Part shown: positions 41,327 to 51,600 of the stretch, piece by piece
Layout of the letters: each line of letters begins with the position of its first letter
Numbering within the stretch: position 1 is the stretch's first letter
NCBI GenBank assembly: GCA_963817895.1
Contig: CAWFQB010000001.1
Span: 224,001 to 288,000, forward strand
Source of the DNA: an uncultured Chthonomonadaceae bacterium
GTDB lineage: Bacteria > Armatimonadota > Chthonomonadetes > Chthonomonadales > Chthonomonadaceae
Reading direction: 5' to 3'
DNA: 64,000 nucleotides
Program-made: the position numbers and the translations under genes
The notes under the pieces: generated by a model
Database searches by the model: none
What the model saw: only the letters and a program-made list of their open reading frames with translations
What the model was told of the DNA's origin: nothing

Positions 41327-42853
41327 TTAGCGCGGGAACTGTGCATCCATTCCATTGCGCAGCGCGGCCCGACTGACCACGCTGGAGGATACGGGAAACG
41401 CCCGGTAAGAGAAGTACGGGGCCGGGAATGTAATGCGGAACACTCGGCTGCCATCCGGGGCCAGTTCAGTGACAACGGGGTTTCCTCCCCACTCCATAAC
41501 CCAGTTGCCGCCGGAAAGCTTGGTGGCGCTCCCGCAACAGAGGGAATTAGGCACGTCCGCATCCGTCACCTGTTCTACGGGCGTAGCAGTTTTGGCCACC
41601 GGGTCAATGCTGTAGCGCGCGGCGCGTGGAGGCCGCCCCACAAGACTGCCGTTGTCATGAAGGGCAAGCGTATGATCGGGCAGAATGCGCGCGTCGTGCT
41701 GTCCGCTGAAGTTGCCGTAAGTATCTCCGACAAACGCCAGACTCTCCGGGCGGGCGGAACCTCCCAGTTTCCAGACAATGCTGCCGCTCGCCCTGTTAAT
41801 GCGATAAACCGCGTTGAGATGGCGGAACGAAACCACATAGCCATCCCCATCCAACTCAACAGAATTCATGTGGTACGGATCGGTGGGAGAAAAGGTCGTG
41901 ATATAAGGCGTCCGAAATATATCGCCAGTCTCCGCGACGGAGATGTGATCCATGGCCGACCAACTCCAGACAAGCGAGCCATTGGGCGCGAACTCCTCAA
42001 TCACCTGGTCGCTAACGGTGGCAGTTGACGAGCCTCCGTAGGCGCTGAGGTCTACCGGACCCTTGTTCACGGCTGCAATGTAGACGTAATTTCCGTTCGG
42101 CAACAGCAGCAGTTCGTGAGGGTCCAACTCTCCCCCTATCTGGCTGTCGACAGCAAAAGTATGCGCGAGCGATCCATCAAGTTTCCGCTCCTCGCCGTTG
42201 GGCGGACTGATCCACGCGAAGTTGCCGTCGGGTAAAAGTTTGGCATCTATAGACGCGTTCTCTGTTTTATACCACCACAAAGGAACGCCGTAGTTGTCGG
42301 CAAGAATCACATAATGCCGATTAGGTCCAATGAACGTCAGGTTGGGCGCGAAAATGTAATACTCGGATTGAGGAGTTCCGGGGCGCTCGGTTGACCAGGT
42401 CGGAAAATCGGGGGGCAGGCAGCGGACGCAGTAGGTTTTGGAACCCTCCAGAGAATTCACCACAAAAGAAAAGCTCTGTCCCGGCGTCACGTTGACCTGC
42501 TGCGTGAAAATGAGTTTCTGGAACGCCTTGCCATCAATGGAGAGTTTCGTGTTTCGGGGCGCGTTCACCGAGATACGCAGGGGCGAACCGGCAGTGTCGG
42601 GGATAACATAGTCGGTGATGTTGGGATTGAAGGCCGGGGAAAGCGGCGAGGACATCGTTATCTGAAGGCCGTTCGCGGCTTGTAGCGGCGTTACGACATT
42701 CTGCGGCGAAGATGCAAAGGGGTGTGGCGCGGGCGCGGTCAGCAGCGCCATGCCGCCGGCGAGAAGCGCTCCCCCGACGAGATGCAGCAGCCGCGCAAAC
42801 AGGGGGCGGCGATGATGGCGTTGACGCGGCCTGGAGGGTGGAACCTGAGACAT
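41327..42853 (-). CDS. Arylsulfotransferase (ASST)-like protein with N-terminal cadherin-like domain
   Basis: PAFNPNITDY, DPHE, DPYHMNS, SFRH, WKLGG, GQHDAR, YRA. Confidence 0.85.
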   Translation of the reverse strand: MSQVPPSRPRQRHHRRPLFARLLHLVGGALLAGGMALLTAPAPHPFASSPQNVVTPLQAANGLQITMSSPLSPAFNPNITDYVIPDTAGSPLRISVNAPRNTKLSIDGKAFQKLIFTQQVNVTPGQSFSFVVNSLEGSKTYCVRCLPPDFPTWSTERPGTPQSEYYIFAPNLTFIGPNRHYVILADNYGVPLWWYKTENASIDAKLLPDGNFAWISPPNGEERKLDGSLAHTFAVDSQIGGELDPHELLLLPNGNYVYIAAVNKGPVDLSAYGGSSTATVSDQVIEEFAPNGSLVWSWSAMDHISVAETGDIFRTPYITTFSPTDPYHMNSVELDGDGYVVSFRHLNAVYRINRASGSIVWKLGGSARPESLAFVGDTYGNFSGQHDARILPDHTLALHDNGSLVGRPPRAARYSIDPVAKTATPVEQVTDADVPNSLCCGSATKLSGGNWVMEWGGNPVVTELAPDGSRVFRITFPAPYFSYRAFPVSSSVVSRAALRNGMDAQFPR

Positions 42854-43039
42854 TGACAGTTCATCCTTTCGACGGAAAGCTCTTCTCGAAATACATGTAC
42901 AACGGGGACTTCACGACATTAAGAGCGGCGAGGCCCTGTTATAAACCGGTTTCGATAGGCTAACGTCTGCTGTCGTAGGGACGGCGAGGTTCCCATGCCT
43001 GCAATGTCAGGTAACTTGTTTAATTTATACCTCTTTAGA

Positions 43040-43069
43040 CTTATACCTCCATTCGGGTTTACCTGTCAA
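43040..43069 (-). promoter_or_regulatory. Putative sigma70 promoter for ASST/PEP-CTERM
   Basis: TTGACA-18 nt-TATAAG; nearby direct repeat ttatacctc x2. Confidence 0.45.
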
Positions 43070-43153
43070 CTTAACAGGTAATTTTATTCACCAATGTTCT
43101 AAAACGGATATAAATACCTGCCTGAGAGCCTATTTAAGTCATTGCCCGTGAAT

Positions 43154-43564
43154 TCAGCCTGTGACGATGTAGCCGATCATGTCCCACGAGGCTCGGCTAA
43201 GATTGCTGCCCTGGCCGGGATCGCCGTAGTAGCCCTCCGCCGTGTGCGCGATCATGAGGGACAGGAACGCGGTGGAGGAGACAGGCCAGGGAGCCTGCGC
43301 GTCGCCGTTTTCAATCGCCGTGAACAGTTCGGCGCGTTGTGCCGGTTCCAGCAGAGCAAAGGGCTGTTTGTAGACCGTCTGCGCTTCGCGGTCCAGCGCG
43401 TCCAATCCTAACCGGTACTCCTGCGTCAGATGCGCCAGATCGCCGTTAAACTGACGCAGCAGATAATCGCCCGCGCCGTTATCCCACGCGCCGGGGTACT
43501 CATCCGGCGGAATCAGAGTATCCATCGCCGCGCGCAGGGTTTGCAATTGTGTTTCCGTCAGCAT
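43154..43564 (-). CDS. Gluconate 2-dehydrogenase subunit 3 (gamma)-like protein
   Basis: LIPPDEYPGA...YL, EGYYGDP..G.N...SW.MIGY. Confidence 0.88.
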   Translation of the reverse strand: MLTETQLQTLRAAMDTLIPPDEYPGAWDNGAGDYLLRQFNGDLAHLTQEYRLGLDALDREAQTVYKQPFALLEPAQRAELFTAIENGDAQAPWPVSSTAFLSLMIAHTAEGYYGDPGQGSNLSRASWDMIGYIVTG

Positions 43565-43594
43565 GTGTTTGATCCATGTGCCTTCCTAAACAAC

Positions 43595-43638
43595 GCCCCT
43601 TCTCCCATAATTGGGAGAAGGGGCCGGGGGTTGAGGGC
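43595..43638. repeat. REP-like hairpin related to 5433-5585
   Basis: gccccttctcccataattgggagaaggggccgggggttgaggg. Confidence 0.65.
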
Positions 43639-43641
43639 TAT

Positions 43642-45027
43642 CTACCGTAGCGAATCCGACGCGGCAGGCGCCGATGAAGCGGATTTCGACGAAGACATTT
43701 CCACGATGCGGATGTTGCGAAAGGACAGGTCGGTTGTCGGGTCGTGTCCCTGTAGGCCGATGCATCCGGCTTCGGTACGGACGCCGTTGCGGGCGTTTTT
43801 ATCGGCAGTGGCCGGACGCATATCCGTAAAGTCCGCTGCCAGATAGCCGTTGACATACGAGCTGATATGGTTGCCGCTCACGAACAGGGTCATGGTGAAC
43901 CATTCGCGGTCGGACGAAACCACTTTGCGGGCGCGCAGACGATTGTAAATGGCTCCTGTGCCGTAATCCACGGGCTTTGTGCGGTCTTCGCCCTCCCACT
44001 GGTTGCGGATTTGATCCTCATAGCCCGCCCAGAACTGACCGGGAATTTCGCGGAAAAACACGCCGCTGTTGAGATGGTCGCCGTTGGAATATACGTCGAG
44101 GGTCAGGGCAAAATCGCCGTACACGCCCTCCGATTGTATCTCCCCGTTGCCGTTTTTGATGTTGAGCGCGCCGTCTTTGGTGACGCTGAACACGGATTTA
44201 TGATCGGGAACCTCTTTCCAGCCTGCCAAGTCTTTGCCGTTGAACAGGCTCTTCAGTCCCACCGGGCGCAATTTCAGGCTGCGGAACTTTGCCGTACCCC
44301 TGCCGCTTCCGGTCAGCGCGATCACGCCGCGTTTGGGCGCGATGTTGGCTTCCATGCGCTTGCCCTTGCTGTCGGCGAGGTGCGTGAACTTGCCGCCCTC
44401 CAGCGTCACGGCAAAGGGCTGCCACTTGCCCTGTGGAACCAGATAGGTGTCGGGTTTGGCGGCAGTCCGACCGGCAGGCATGAACTTGATCTGCACGGCG
44501 TTTTTGGCGGTGATGCCGCCCTCGGCGGGCGCGCGCAGGCTCAGAGTGGCCCCGCCCTGATTTTCCAGCCAGCACTCGCCTGCCAGTTCAAAATCCCCGA
44601 ACTCGGCTCTGGTGGCAAGCGTTGCCGCGCTGTCTTTCACCTGAAGCGCGGCCTGGTCAATGCTCCAGCCTTTGGCCGCGCTGCCGTCCGCTTTCGCCGC
44701 GTCGGTCTTCGTCGCGTCACCGCCGCCTGCAGGACCGGAACCGCCCGCAGTGGAAGGCACGCCCCGTTCCTGCCAGCCGTAGGTGGTTTCGCCATCGAAC
44801 AGGCGTACCCACGCGGCTTCAAACTCGTCGCGCGACAGCGGCCCGCGATACCCGTTCGGTCCGGGCGTATCGGACTGCTGCGCCCGAGTCGGCAAAACGT
44901 TACTCCCGCCCAATAGTAAGGAAAGGGTGCAACCCTCCGAAAACCGCAAACCGTGTAAACTGCATCGGTTACTCCTATCTAATCTTATGCTAATGTCGTT
45001 CTTATGCTTATGTCGCTGCGGAAACAT
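43642..45027 (-). CDS. Tandem DUF1080 (3-keto-disaccharide hydrolase-like) protein
   Basis: LFDGETTYGW, LFNGKDLAGW, NSGVFFR, GYEDQI, TGAIY, GLQGHD, FRNIRI; true start uncertain. Confidence 0.88.
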   Translation of the reverse strand: MFPQRHKHKNDISIRLDRSNRCSLHGLRFSEGCTLSLLLGGSNVLPTRAQQSDTPGPNGYRGPLSRDEFEAAWVRLFDGETTYGWQERGVPSTAGGSGPAGGGDATKTDAAKADGSAAKGWSIDQAALQVKDSAATLATRAEFGDFELAGECWLENQGGATLSLRAPAEGGITAKNAVQIKFMPAGRTAAKPDTYLVPQGKWQPFAVTLEGGKFTHLADSKGKRMEANIAPKRGVIALTGSGRGTAKFRSLKLRPVGLKSLFNGKDLAGWKEVPDHKSVFSVTKDGALNIKNGNGEIQSEGVYGDFALTLDVYSNGDHLNSGVFFREIPGQFWAGYEDQIRNQWEGEDRTKPVDYGTGAIYNRLRARKVVSSDREWFTMTLFVSGNHISSYVNGYLAADFTDMRPATADKNARNGVRTEAGCIGLQGHDPTTDLSFRNIRIVEMSSSKSASSAPAASDSLR

Positions 45028-45267
45028 TCACTTCCGCAATCCTGTATTCCTGCACAGCTTCGCAGATGCGACGGAACGCGCTCGGATTTTGTTCGCTGCG
45101 GAGGCACAGACTTTCCGTTGACCTGATCTATTGTCGTGTTCATCCGTCCTGTCCACTTCAAAACCCTCGATAAAGGTTGTTTTCAACAACTTGCAGGTTT
45201 CTTGCTTTCTGAAATATAATAGCCCACGTTACACGACAAGCATTTTTGCATCGCAGGAAAGGGTTCT

Positions 45268-46896
45268 ATGGACGAACCGGATAACAATTCTTCACACCCG
45301 TCTGCACCACCTTCCACCCATCCCTACGCCGAAGAGGCGCAAATGACTTCTGCGCTGTACCTGGCCGGGGAAGCCCTTGTAGCAGAGGATAAAGCGGACA
45401 CTAATGCTTACGCCGTGCCGGAGAACGACTTCAGCGCGCCCGCTCTGACAGAATTCGATTGGCTGCGCAAGATTGTTTCCGATATTCGGCAGACGTTGGC
45501 CGAAGACCCACGCCGCGCCGAAATGCTGCGCCGCCTGCCGTCCCTCCTGGGAAACGGCGAAGTCCTGCAAGTCCTGTTCGGCAATTTGTTTCCCGAACAG
45601 CGCCATCAGCGCAAGGAAGCCGTGACCGAGAATGGCAAAAAGCGGCTGACCCAAACGCAGATCGAAGTTTTGACCCATTTCGCGCAGGGCAAAACGCCCG
45701 CGCAAATTGCGATGCAGCGCGGCTGCGCGCCTGCTAACATCAACAACATTCTGCATACCATTGAGGAACGCCTGAACACGCAGAGTCCGCAGGAGGCAGT
45801 AGCCGTCGCGATTTCGATGGGGCATTTGCCGCTGGACGTGATGAAGTTCGTACACGATACGGCACGATGCGCGCCACGGGATTACTCGCCCCTGGACTGC
45901 CTGATTTCCATGCACAGCCTGGAGAACCTGCCGGACGCGGCGCAGTGGCAGGAGTTGGCGTCCTTCGGCATGCTGCTGATGCTGGCAACCAACGCGGCTT
46001 CCGTTCCGTTGGCCTATGCGGCAAACCCGTTTTCCGCTTCCGGCGTCCTGTACCGCCTGGAACCGGAGGCAAAGGGAGCCTATCGGGCGCGACAGATCGT
46101 CGGGCCGGGGCGGCTGCGCTATCCTTCCGGGCTTGTGATTGCGCCGCACGTGGCGCGGCGTCAGGGCTTTACCCCTGGGCATGTATATGTGGCGCATAAG
46201 CGAGCCATGCGGGAAGGGCTAAATCAGCAGGAGGTTATGGAATTTACGCCGGAGGGCGTGGAGCAGCACGTCTTTTATGGTGGGCGTACCACTCTGAGCA
46301 GTCTGCGCGATTGCAGGGGCATGGTGTTCGACGCTTCGGGCAGGCTGCTGATAACTTCGGGGAATGCGCTGCAACGCTTTTCAGAGGGTGGCGGGCGCGT
46401 ACAGCCCTTGATCGAGCAATGCTGCACCGGAGTCGCACTGGCGGCAAAGGAGCGTCTATACTTGGCGCACTACAGCACGCGCGGCGGTTCCATCGGCCTA
46501 TATACGTCCGGGGGAAAGCTGCGACAAACGTTCGCGCAACTGCCGATGGACATTTTCTTTCCCGGCCTTCAGTCGCTTCCTGGCGGGGAAGTTGCCGCGC
46601 TGCGTGTCAGTCTCAGCCGAGACAAACCGGAAGAACCGATGATGCAGATTTACAATGCCGAAGGCGAGTTCCTGCGCTGCTGGCGGGCGGTAGGCGCAAG
46701 TCTGGGAGCGTTCGCCTTCCATGCGAAAGAGGAACGTTTCTATATTCCCTGTGATATAAGCCGCGATATTGCCGTTTACGCGGCAGACGGCAAATTGCAG
46801 CAGCGTATTCCACTCCCTGCCGAAGTAACGCCCCGCGCCATCACCTTCGGCAGCGACGGCGCTCTATGGCTTGTCGGCTCTGTTCTGGAAGCGTAG
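45268..46896 (+). CDS. LuxR-type HTH regulator fused to an NHL-like beta-propeller
   Basis: LTQTQIEVL...AQGKT..QIA...I..I...I.ERL...EAVAVA; C-terminal PSGLV, GMVFD, PRAITFGSDG repeats. Confidence 0.75.
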   Translation: MDEPDNNSSHPSAPPSTHPYAEEAQMTSALYLAGEALVAEDKADTNAYAVPENDFSAPALTEFDWLRKIVSDIRQTLAEDPRRAEMLRRLPSLLGNGEVLQVLFGNLFPEQRHQRKEAVTENGKKRLTQTQIEVLTHFAQGKTPAQIAMQRGCAPANINNILHTIEERLNTQSPQEAVAVAISMGHLPLDVMKFVHDTARCAPRDYSPLDCLISMHSLENLPDAAQWQELASFGMLLMLATNAASVPLAYAANPFSASGVLYRLEPEAKGAYRARQIVGPGRLRYPSGLVIAPHVARRQGFTPGHVYVAHKRAMREGLNQQEVMEFTPEGVEQHVFYGGRTTLSSLRDCRGMVFDASGRLLITSGNALQRFSEGGGRVQPLIEQCCTGVALAAKERLYLAHYSTRGGSIGLYTSGGKLRQTFAQLPMDIFFPGLQSLPGGEVAALRVSLSRDKPEEPMMQIYNAEGEFLRCWRAVGASLGAFAFHAKEERFYIPCDISRDIAVYAADGKLQQRIPLPAEVTPRAITFGSDGALWLVGSVLEA

Positions 46897-47218
46897 TCGA
46901 ATTTTCTCGTTTCGTTCTGCTTGCATGCGGCAGGATACTGTTGTGAAAGGTGGTTCCAGTGAAGACATTCGCATACAATACCGCACTTGTTTGTTGCTTT
47001 TTCCTGCTCACGTTTGCCCATGCTGTACAAGGGCAAAACAGGCCAGATATTGTCTGGATGCGCGGACACCACGCCAGTAGCATTGTCAGGGTTATTGCTT
47101 ACTCACCGAACGGCAAATTGATCGCCTCTGGCAGTGGGAATGACGACGCGGAATGTGTCAAGGATTTTGAGACAAAAAGCGAAAGTATTTTATGTAGCGA
47201 GCAGTCATTCCTCGCCAC

Positions 47219-48250
47219 TCAACCGGCAACCGGTGCTGTGCCTTCGCCAACGGGCAACGCAGGCGCATTGATCCAGACAACGTCGGGTAACTGCCCCGCC
47301 TGCGGACGCTCTCGAAAGCGTTGCGGATGCGCGGCATAGGCGTTATCTAACGTGACTTGCCGCTGCGCCAATACCTGCGTTGCTTCGCCGAAATGCACCT
47401 GTTCGGGCGTAAGCAACACCAAGCCGGTATGGTGGTGGCACGTATTGTACCCGACAAAGTAGTCCTGGCAGAACGTCTGCGCGTCTTCCTGGCTGCTAAA
47501 GCGCTCCGGGAAGTAGGCGCTGTACTTCATCGTTTTGAACCCGGCTTCCGAGTACGGGTTGTCGTTGCTGACACGCGGGCGGCTGTGCGAACGGGTCACC
47601 TGCAACGAAAGTAAGAGCTGCGCTACCGACTGGCTTTTCATCGGCCCGCCGCGATCCGCATGGAGGGTGAGTTGGTTAGGCGCGATGTTGTATTTACGAC
47701 AGGTTTCTTGCAGCAGCTTGTGCGCCAGGTATTGACACTCCCGGTCTGCGAGCATCCAGCCGACCACATAACGACTGTAGATGTCCATAACCACATATAA
47801 GTAATAGAAGCGACCCCGAATGGGCGTCTTCAAGTAGGTGATGTCCCATGTCCACACCTGATTAGGGCCGGTTGCCTTAAGTTCAGGTTTGCTATACGCC
47901 GGATGCCTGCGAACCCGCCGACGCTCACAGATGGCTTGGTGTTCGTGCAGCAGGCGATACATCGTGCGATAGGAAGCGTGATACACGCCTTCTTGCAGCA
48001 ATTGCGCATACACCTGCCGGGGCGAAGCGTCTACAAAGCGTTCCGACAAGAGTAGATTGAGCAACAGGGCGCGTTCCTCTTCCGACAAGCGGCGAGGAGA
48101 ACCCCGTTGTGCTTTGGGAACAAGGACGCCTTCTTGGATTGTGCCCGTACCAGCGTGTTGCTCCCGGTAGAAGCGGGCGCGGCTCAGTTGCACCGCATCA
48201 CAGGCGCGGCCAATCCCGGTCGTTGCGCCCGCTTCGGCAACCAGGCTTAT
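47219..48250 (-). CDS. IS3-family DDE transposase OrfB
   Basis: PNQVWTWDITY, DIYSRYVVGW, HADRG, DNPYSEAGFKTMK; start approximate. Confidence 0.93.
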   Translation of the reverse strand: MSLVAEAGATTGIGRACDAVQLSRARFYREQHAGTGTIQEGVLVPKAQRGSPRRLSEEERALLLNLLLSERFVDASPRQVYAQLLQEGVYHASYRTMYRLLHEHQAICERRRVRRHPAYSKPELKATGPNQVWTWDITYLKTPIRGRFYYLYVVMDIYSRYVVGWMLADRECQYLAHKLLQETCRKYNIAPNQLTLHADRGGPMKSQSVAQLLLSLQVTRSHSRPRVSNDNPYSEAGFKTMKYSAYFPERFSSQEDAQTFCQDYFVGYNTCHHHTGLVLLTPEQVHFGEATQVLAQRQVTLDNAYAAHPQRFRERPQAGQLPDVVWINAPALPVGEGTAPVAG

Positions 48251-48693
48251 TCGGGCGGCGTTTCTTCCAGTGTCAGGTCGAGCAAGGCCGCTACTTTTTT
48301 TTGGAGTTCCAGCAGAACGCGCAGTTTCTGGTTCTCGGTTTCCAGAGCGGCCATCCTGCGGGCATCGCGTTGGCGGGCGGCTTCTTTGTCTTTGCGCTGC
48401 TTCTGCGCCTGGGCAGAGTTCTTCTCGCCCAACTGACCCGCCTCGCGCAGTTTGCGGAAGTTGGCAAGCGTGGAGGAGTACAGCCCTTCGCGGCGAAGCA
48501 GCGCCCCCAACTCTCCCGGCTTGACGCAGGCGTCGGCTTCTTTAAGGATGCGCAGCTTGTACGCAGCGGTAAAGCGGCGGCGCGTGGGGCGCGTTTGCAC
48601 CTGCGCCTCCGGGCGCAGCGCGGGGGAGGGCGCGCTGTGGTGTCCATTGTTGGTGAGGCGAGTGGTTGGGCTGTCTGTCAACGGCGTATTCAT
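48247..48693 (-). CDS. IS3-family OrfA (HTH)
   Basis: RRRFTAAYKLRIL.EA, LLRREGLYSS, C-terminal QKK. Confidence 0.9.
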   Translation of the reverse strand: MNTPLTDSPTTRLTNNGHHSAPSPALRPEAQVQTRPTRRRFTAAYKLRILKEADACVKPGELGALLRREGLYSSTLANFRKLREAGQLGEKNSAQAQKQRKDKEAARQRDARRMAALETENQKLRVLLELQKKVAALLDLTLEETPPE

Positions 48694-51600
48694 CTGAGAA
48701 ATCCATTCTCCGCCCTGGCGATCTACACTATTTCGTGTACGGGATTTTGTCTCAACCTATTGTGGCACACAGGGACGGATGGGACTTTACCGCCCGCATC
48801 TGGCGTGTTTCGGACGGTATGCTCCTGCGTACCTTCAACCATAGTGGCTACGTCACTTCGCTTGCCTTCACTCCTGACAGCACAGGGCTTCTGGCAGCGG
48901 ATACGGCAGGAGTAGCCGAGTATCGGCGTGTCACAGATGGCGCTCTACTGCATACCTGGAACCAATTTGGAGGCAGCATCCTGTCTCTGGCGGCTTCCCC
49001 TAATGGTCAGACCTTTGCAACGGGAACCTCGGATGGCAACGCGCAAATATGGCGTTTCGCGGATGGAGCGTTGTTGACGACGATCAAAGCGCAAAATGGC
49101 GCTGTTGCTTCGGTAGCGTTTGCGTCCAACGGTCAATGGCTGGCGACAGGATGCGGGTTGACGCCGCAAGGGAACGATCCCATAGTCAAGATATGGCGTG
49201 TCGCAGACGGAGCTTTGCTTAAATCCTTTCAGGGACCGACAACCATTGGCGATCAAGGTTTCCAAGTCGCGTTTTCTTCGGATAACGCACGTCTGTTGTT
49301 GGCAGCGCGAGGGAATAACAACTCCAGCACCCCCGTTCTATGGGGTTGGCGTATCGTGGATGGCGCTCTGTTACAATCCAGCTATCGCCCTGGAAATAGA
49401 GTAGATAACGTAGCATTTGCTGCTGATGGACAGTTCGCTGTCATAACAAAAACCATTTATGGCCGTTTTTCCAACGGTACTGCTATAGATTACTGGCGTT
49501 TATCGGACGCGAACCTCGTCTGGTCCCAATCAGGAGTCAATTATGCCACTCTCTCGCTGGATGGCAAGAGCATTGCTCTATACAATAACGGGGATAGAAT
49601 TGACATTGGGCAGCTTGTAACACTGAACGCCAGCGATGGCACTTTAGATCATAATCTGATTTTTCCTGGTGAAAATCATCCCATCAGAACTCTTTACCCT
49701 GTCACCCGATGGCAAAACGACTGCCACCGTTGCCGGACAGCAGATATTACTGCGCAACGCTTCAGACGGAACGGTGTTGCGGCGTATTTTCCCGGGTTAC
49801 GGCTTCTCCAGCATCGCCTTTTCTCCTGACAGTACCCTGATCGCTGGACTGTACTATGGAGACGAGGGAAATCAGCATGGGGATTACGTTTCTATATGGC
49901 GCGTGTCCGATGGCACAATGCTGCAAACTACCATTAAAGGCATTGAAATTAACTCGGCTGGCATCGCTTTTACGCCGGACGGGAAAAACGTTCTTATCCA
50001 CAATGACGTAGGAACACAGTTATACCGGATTTCAGACGGTGCGTTGCTTCGCACACTCGCTATTTCCGGCAAGCCTACCTTCTCCCCAGATGGCAAGTAT
50101 CTTCTTGCCAACACTAGTCTTTATCGCGCTTCCGATTGGTCACTCGTCCGCAACTTCGGCCCATTTGACTTCAGATATGTTTTATCTACGGCGTTTTCAG
50201 CGGATTCTACAATGTTAGCCGTTGCTGGCAGACAGCCTGGAGCTAGAAATACGGACAGTTCTGGAACAGATTTATTTGATGTGTCCACAGGCGAAAAGCG
50301 GTTTTACATTCCGGCCAGCATCGGTGTAACCTCCTGTGCCTTCTCACCCGATGGAAACGTCCTGATGCTGGGAACTGGCGATGCGAACCTGAGTTTCTGG
50401 TCAACCCTGGATGCCAGTCTGCTTAACTTGTACTCGGACGAAACCGGTAAACCTGGTTTCGACGGCTTTGGTGCCATTGGCGGTATTACAAACGTCGCGT
50501 ACTCACCGGATGGTAAGTTCATTTACGATAGTCGAAAAGATGGAGGAATTCTGCGCCGCTCTCAACCCCTACCGCAACGCCGTCTTTCCTAATCACGGCG
50601 GCACCACCGGCAACGTCACCGTCAAAATCATCACATCTCCCGACTTTCCGCTTACTAACGGCACGACTGTAAGATTGACTGCTGAAAGGCAACCCGATAT
50701 AGTTCCCGTCAGCACGACGTTGGATCGCAACACCAACTACGTCATGTCTGCTACATTCGCCTTGAATGGCACTTCACCTGGTGGGTACAATGTTGTTATT
50801 ACTCTGCCGGACGGTGAGATGCGCACCTATCCGCAGGGATTCAGGATTGAGAGGGGAAGCATTTCGTCGCTTGTAGTAAACATCATTGGACGTAAGCAAG
50901 TACGTGCTGGTCAACCGGCAACGTATTTGTATCAAGTTGCTAACCTTGGTAACACCGACACTTCTGGTGGGACGCTATGGGTAGCAGTGCCGAAATTCAT
51001 GGACTGGCATTTGCAGAATGAAACGGCCTTCCTCAACCGCATTGAAGCGAAGGACTACACGTTCTTGCTACTTCGCCTTGCGCCTATTTATGCCAATTCG
51101 TCAGAGTCTACTGTACTCCGTCTTACGGTGCCAGATGTACCCACAAACGCTCACCGCGCCTTCCGTCTCGGTTCGTGGTTTTATTCTGCCTCTGGTGGCA
51201 TATCAATTCAATCTGCCTCATGTGAACTTCCTCTCCTGACTTTGAATAGTGATGATCTTCGCACTCCTTGTCCTGCATGCTTGCCAGCTTGGCAAATAAT
51301 GTACGTTGCGTGGCTGGCTGCGGCCAATGAAGAAGAACGCCACCTGAACTACTGCTTCTCCGCCAGAAATTTGTTGAATGCGTTAGAATTCCAACGTAAT
51401 TCGTTTTACCTCTCGATTGCTACTGCCATTACTCTCGCCGTGTTAGCTCCCCCCGAAGAAGCTGAGATCATAACTACAGCACTAACCGCAATCAAGGTAT
51501 TCACACTCCTTGAGGATGACCCTGATGGCGCGGTCGCCCAATTGGACGGTGCGATTTCAAAGCTGGAATTAGCTCTCTCTGCTCTCAGATTGCTTCCGAT

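Larger units (their letters stand above)
47149..48773 (-). mobile_element. IS3-family insertion sequence (about 1.6 kb) with 4-bp target duplication GACG
   Basis: Imperfect IRs tgtgtcaaggattttgagacaaaa / ttttgtctcaacctattgtggcaca; GACG at 47145-47148 and 48774-48777; orfA + orfB. Confidence 0.9.

Noticed and set aside
42860..43020. Riboswitch in the long leader of the ASST gene
   Set aside because: No recognisable consensus by eye; an Rfam/Infernal scan would be needed.
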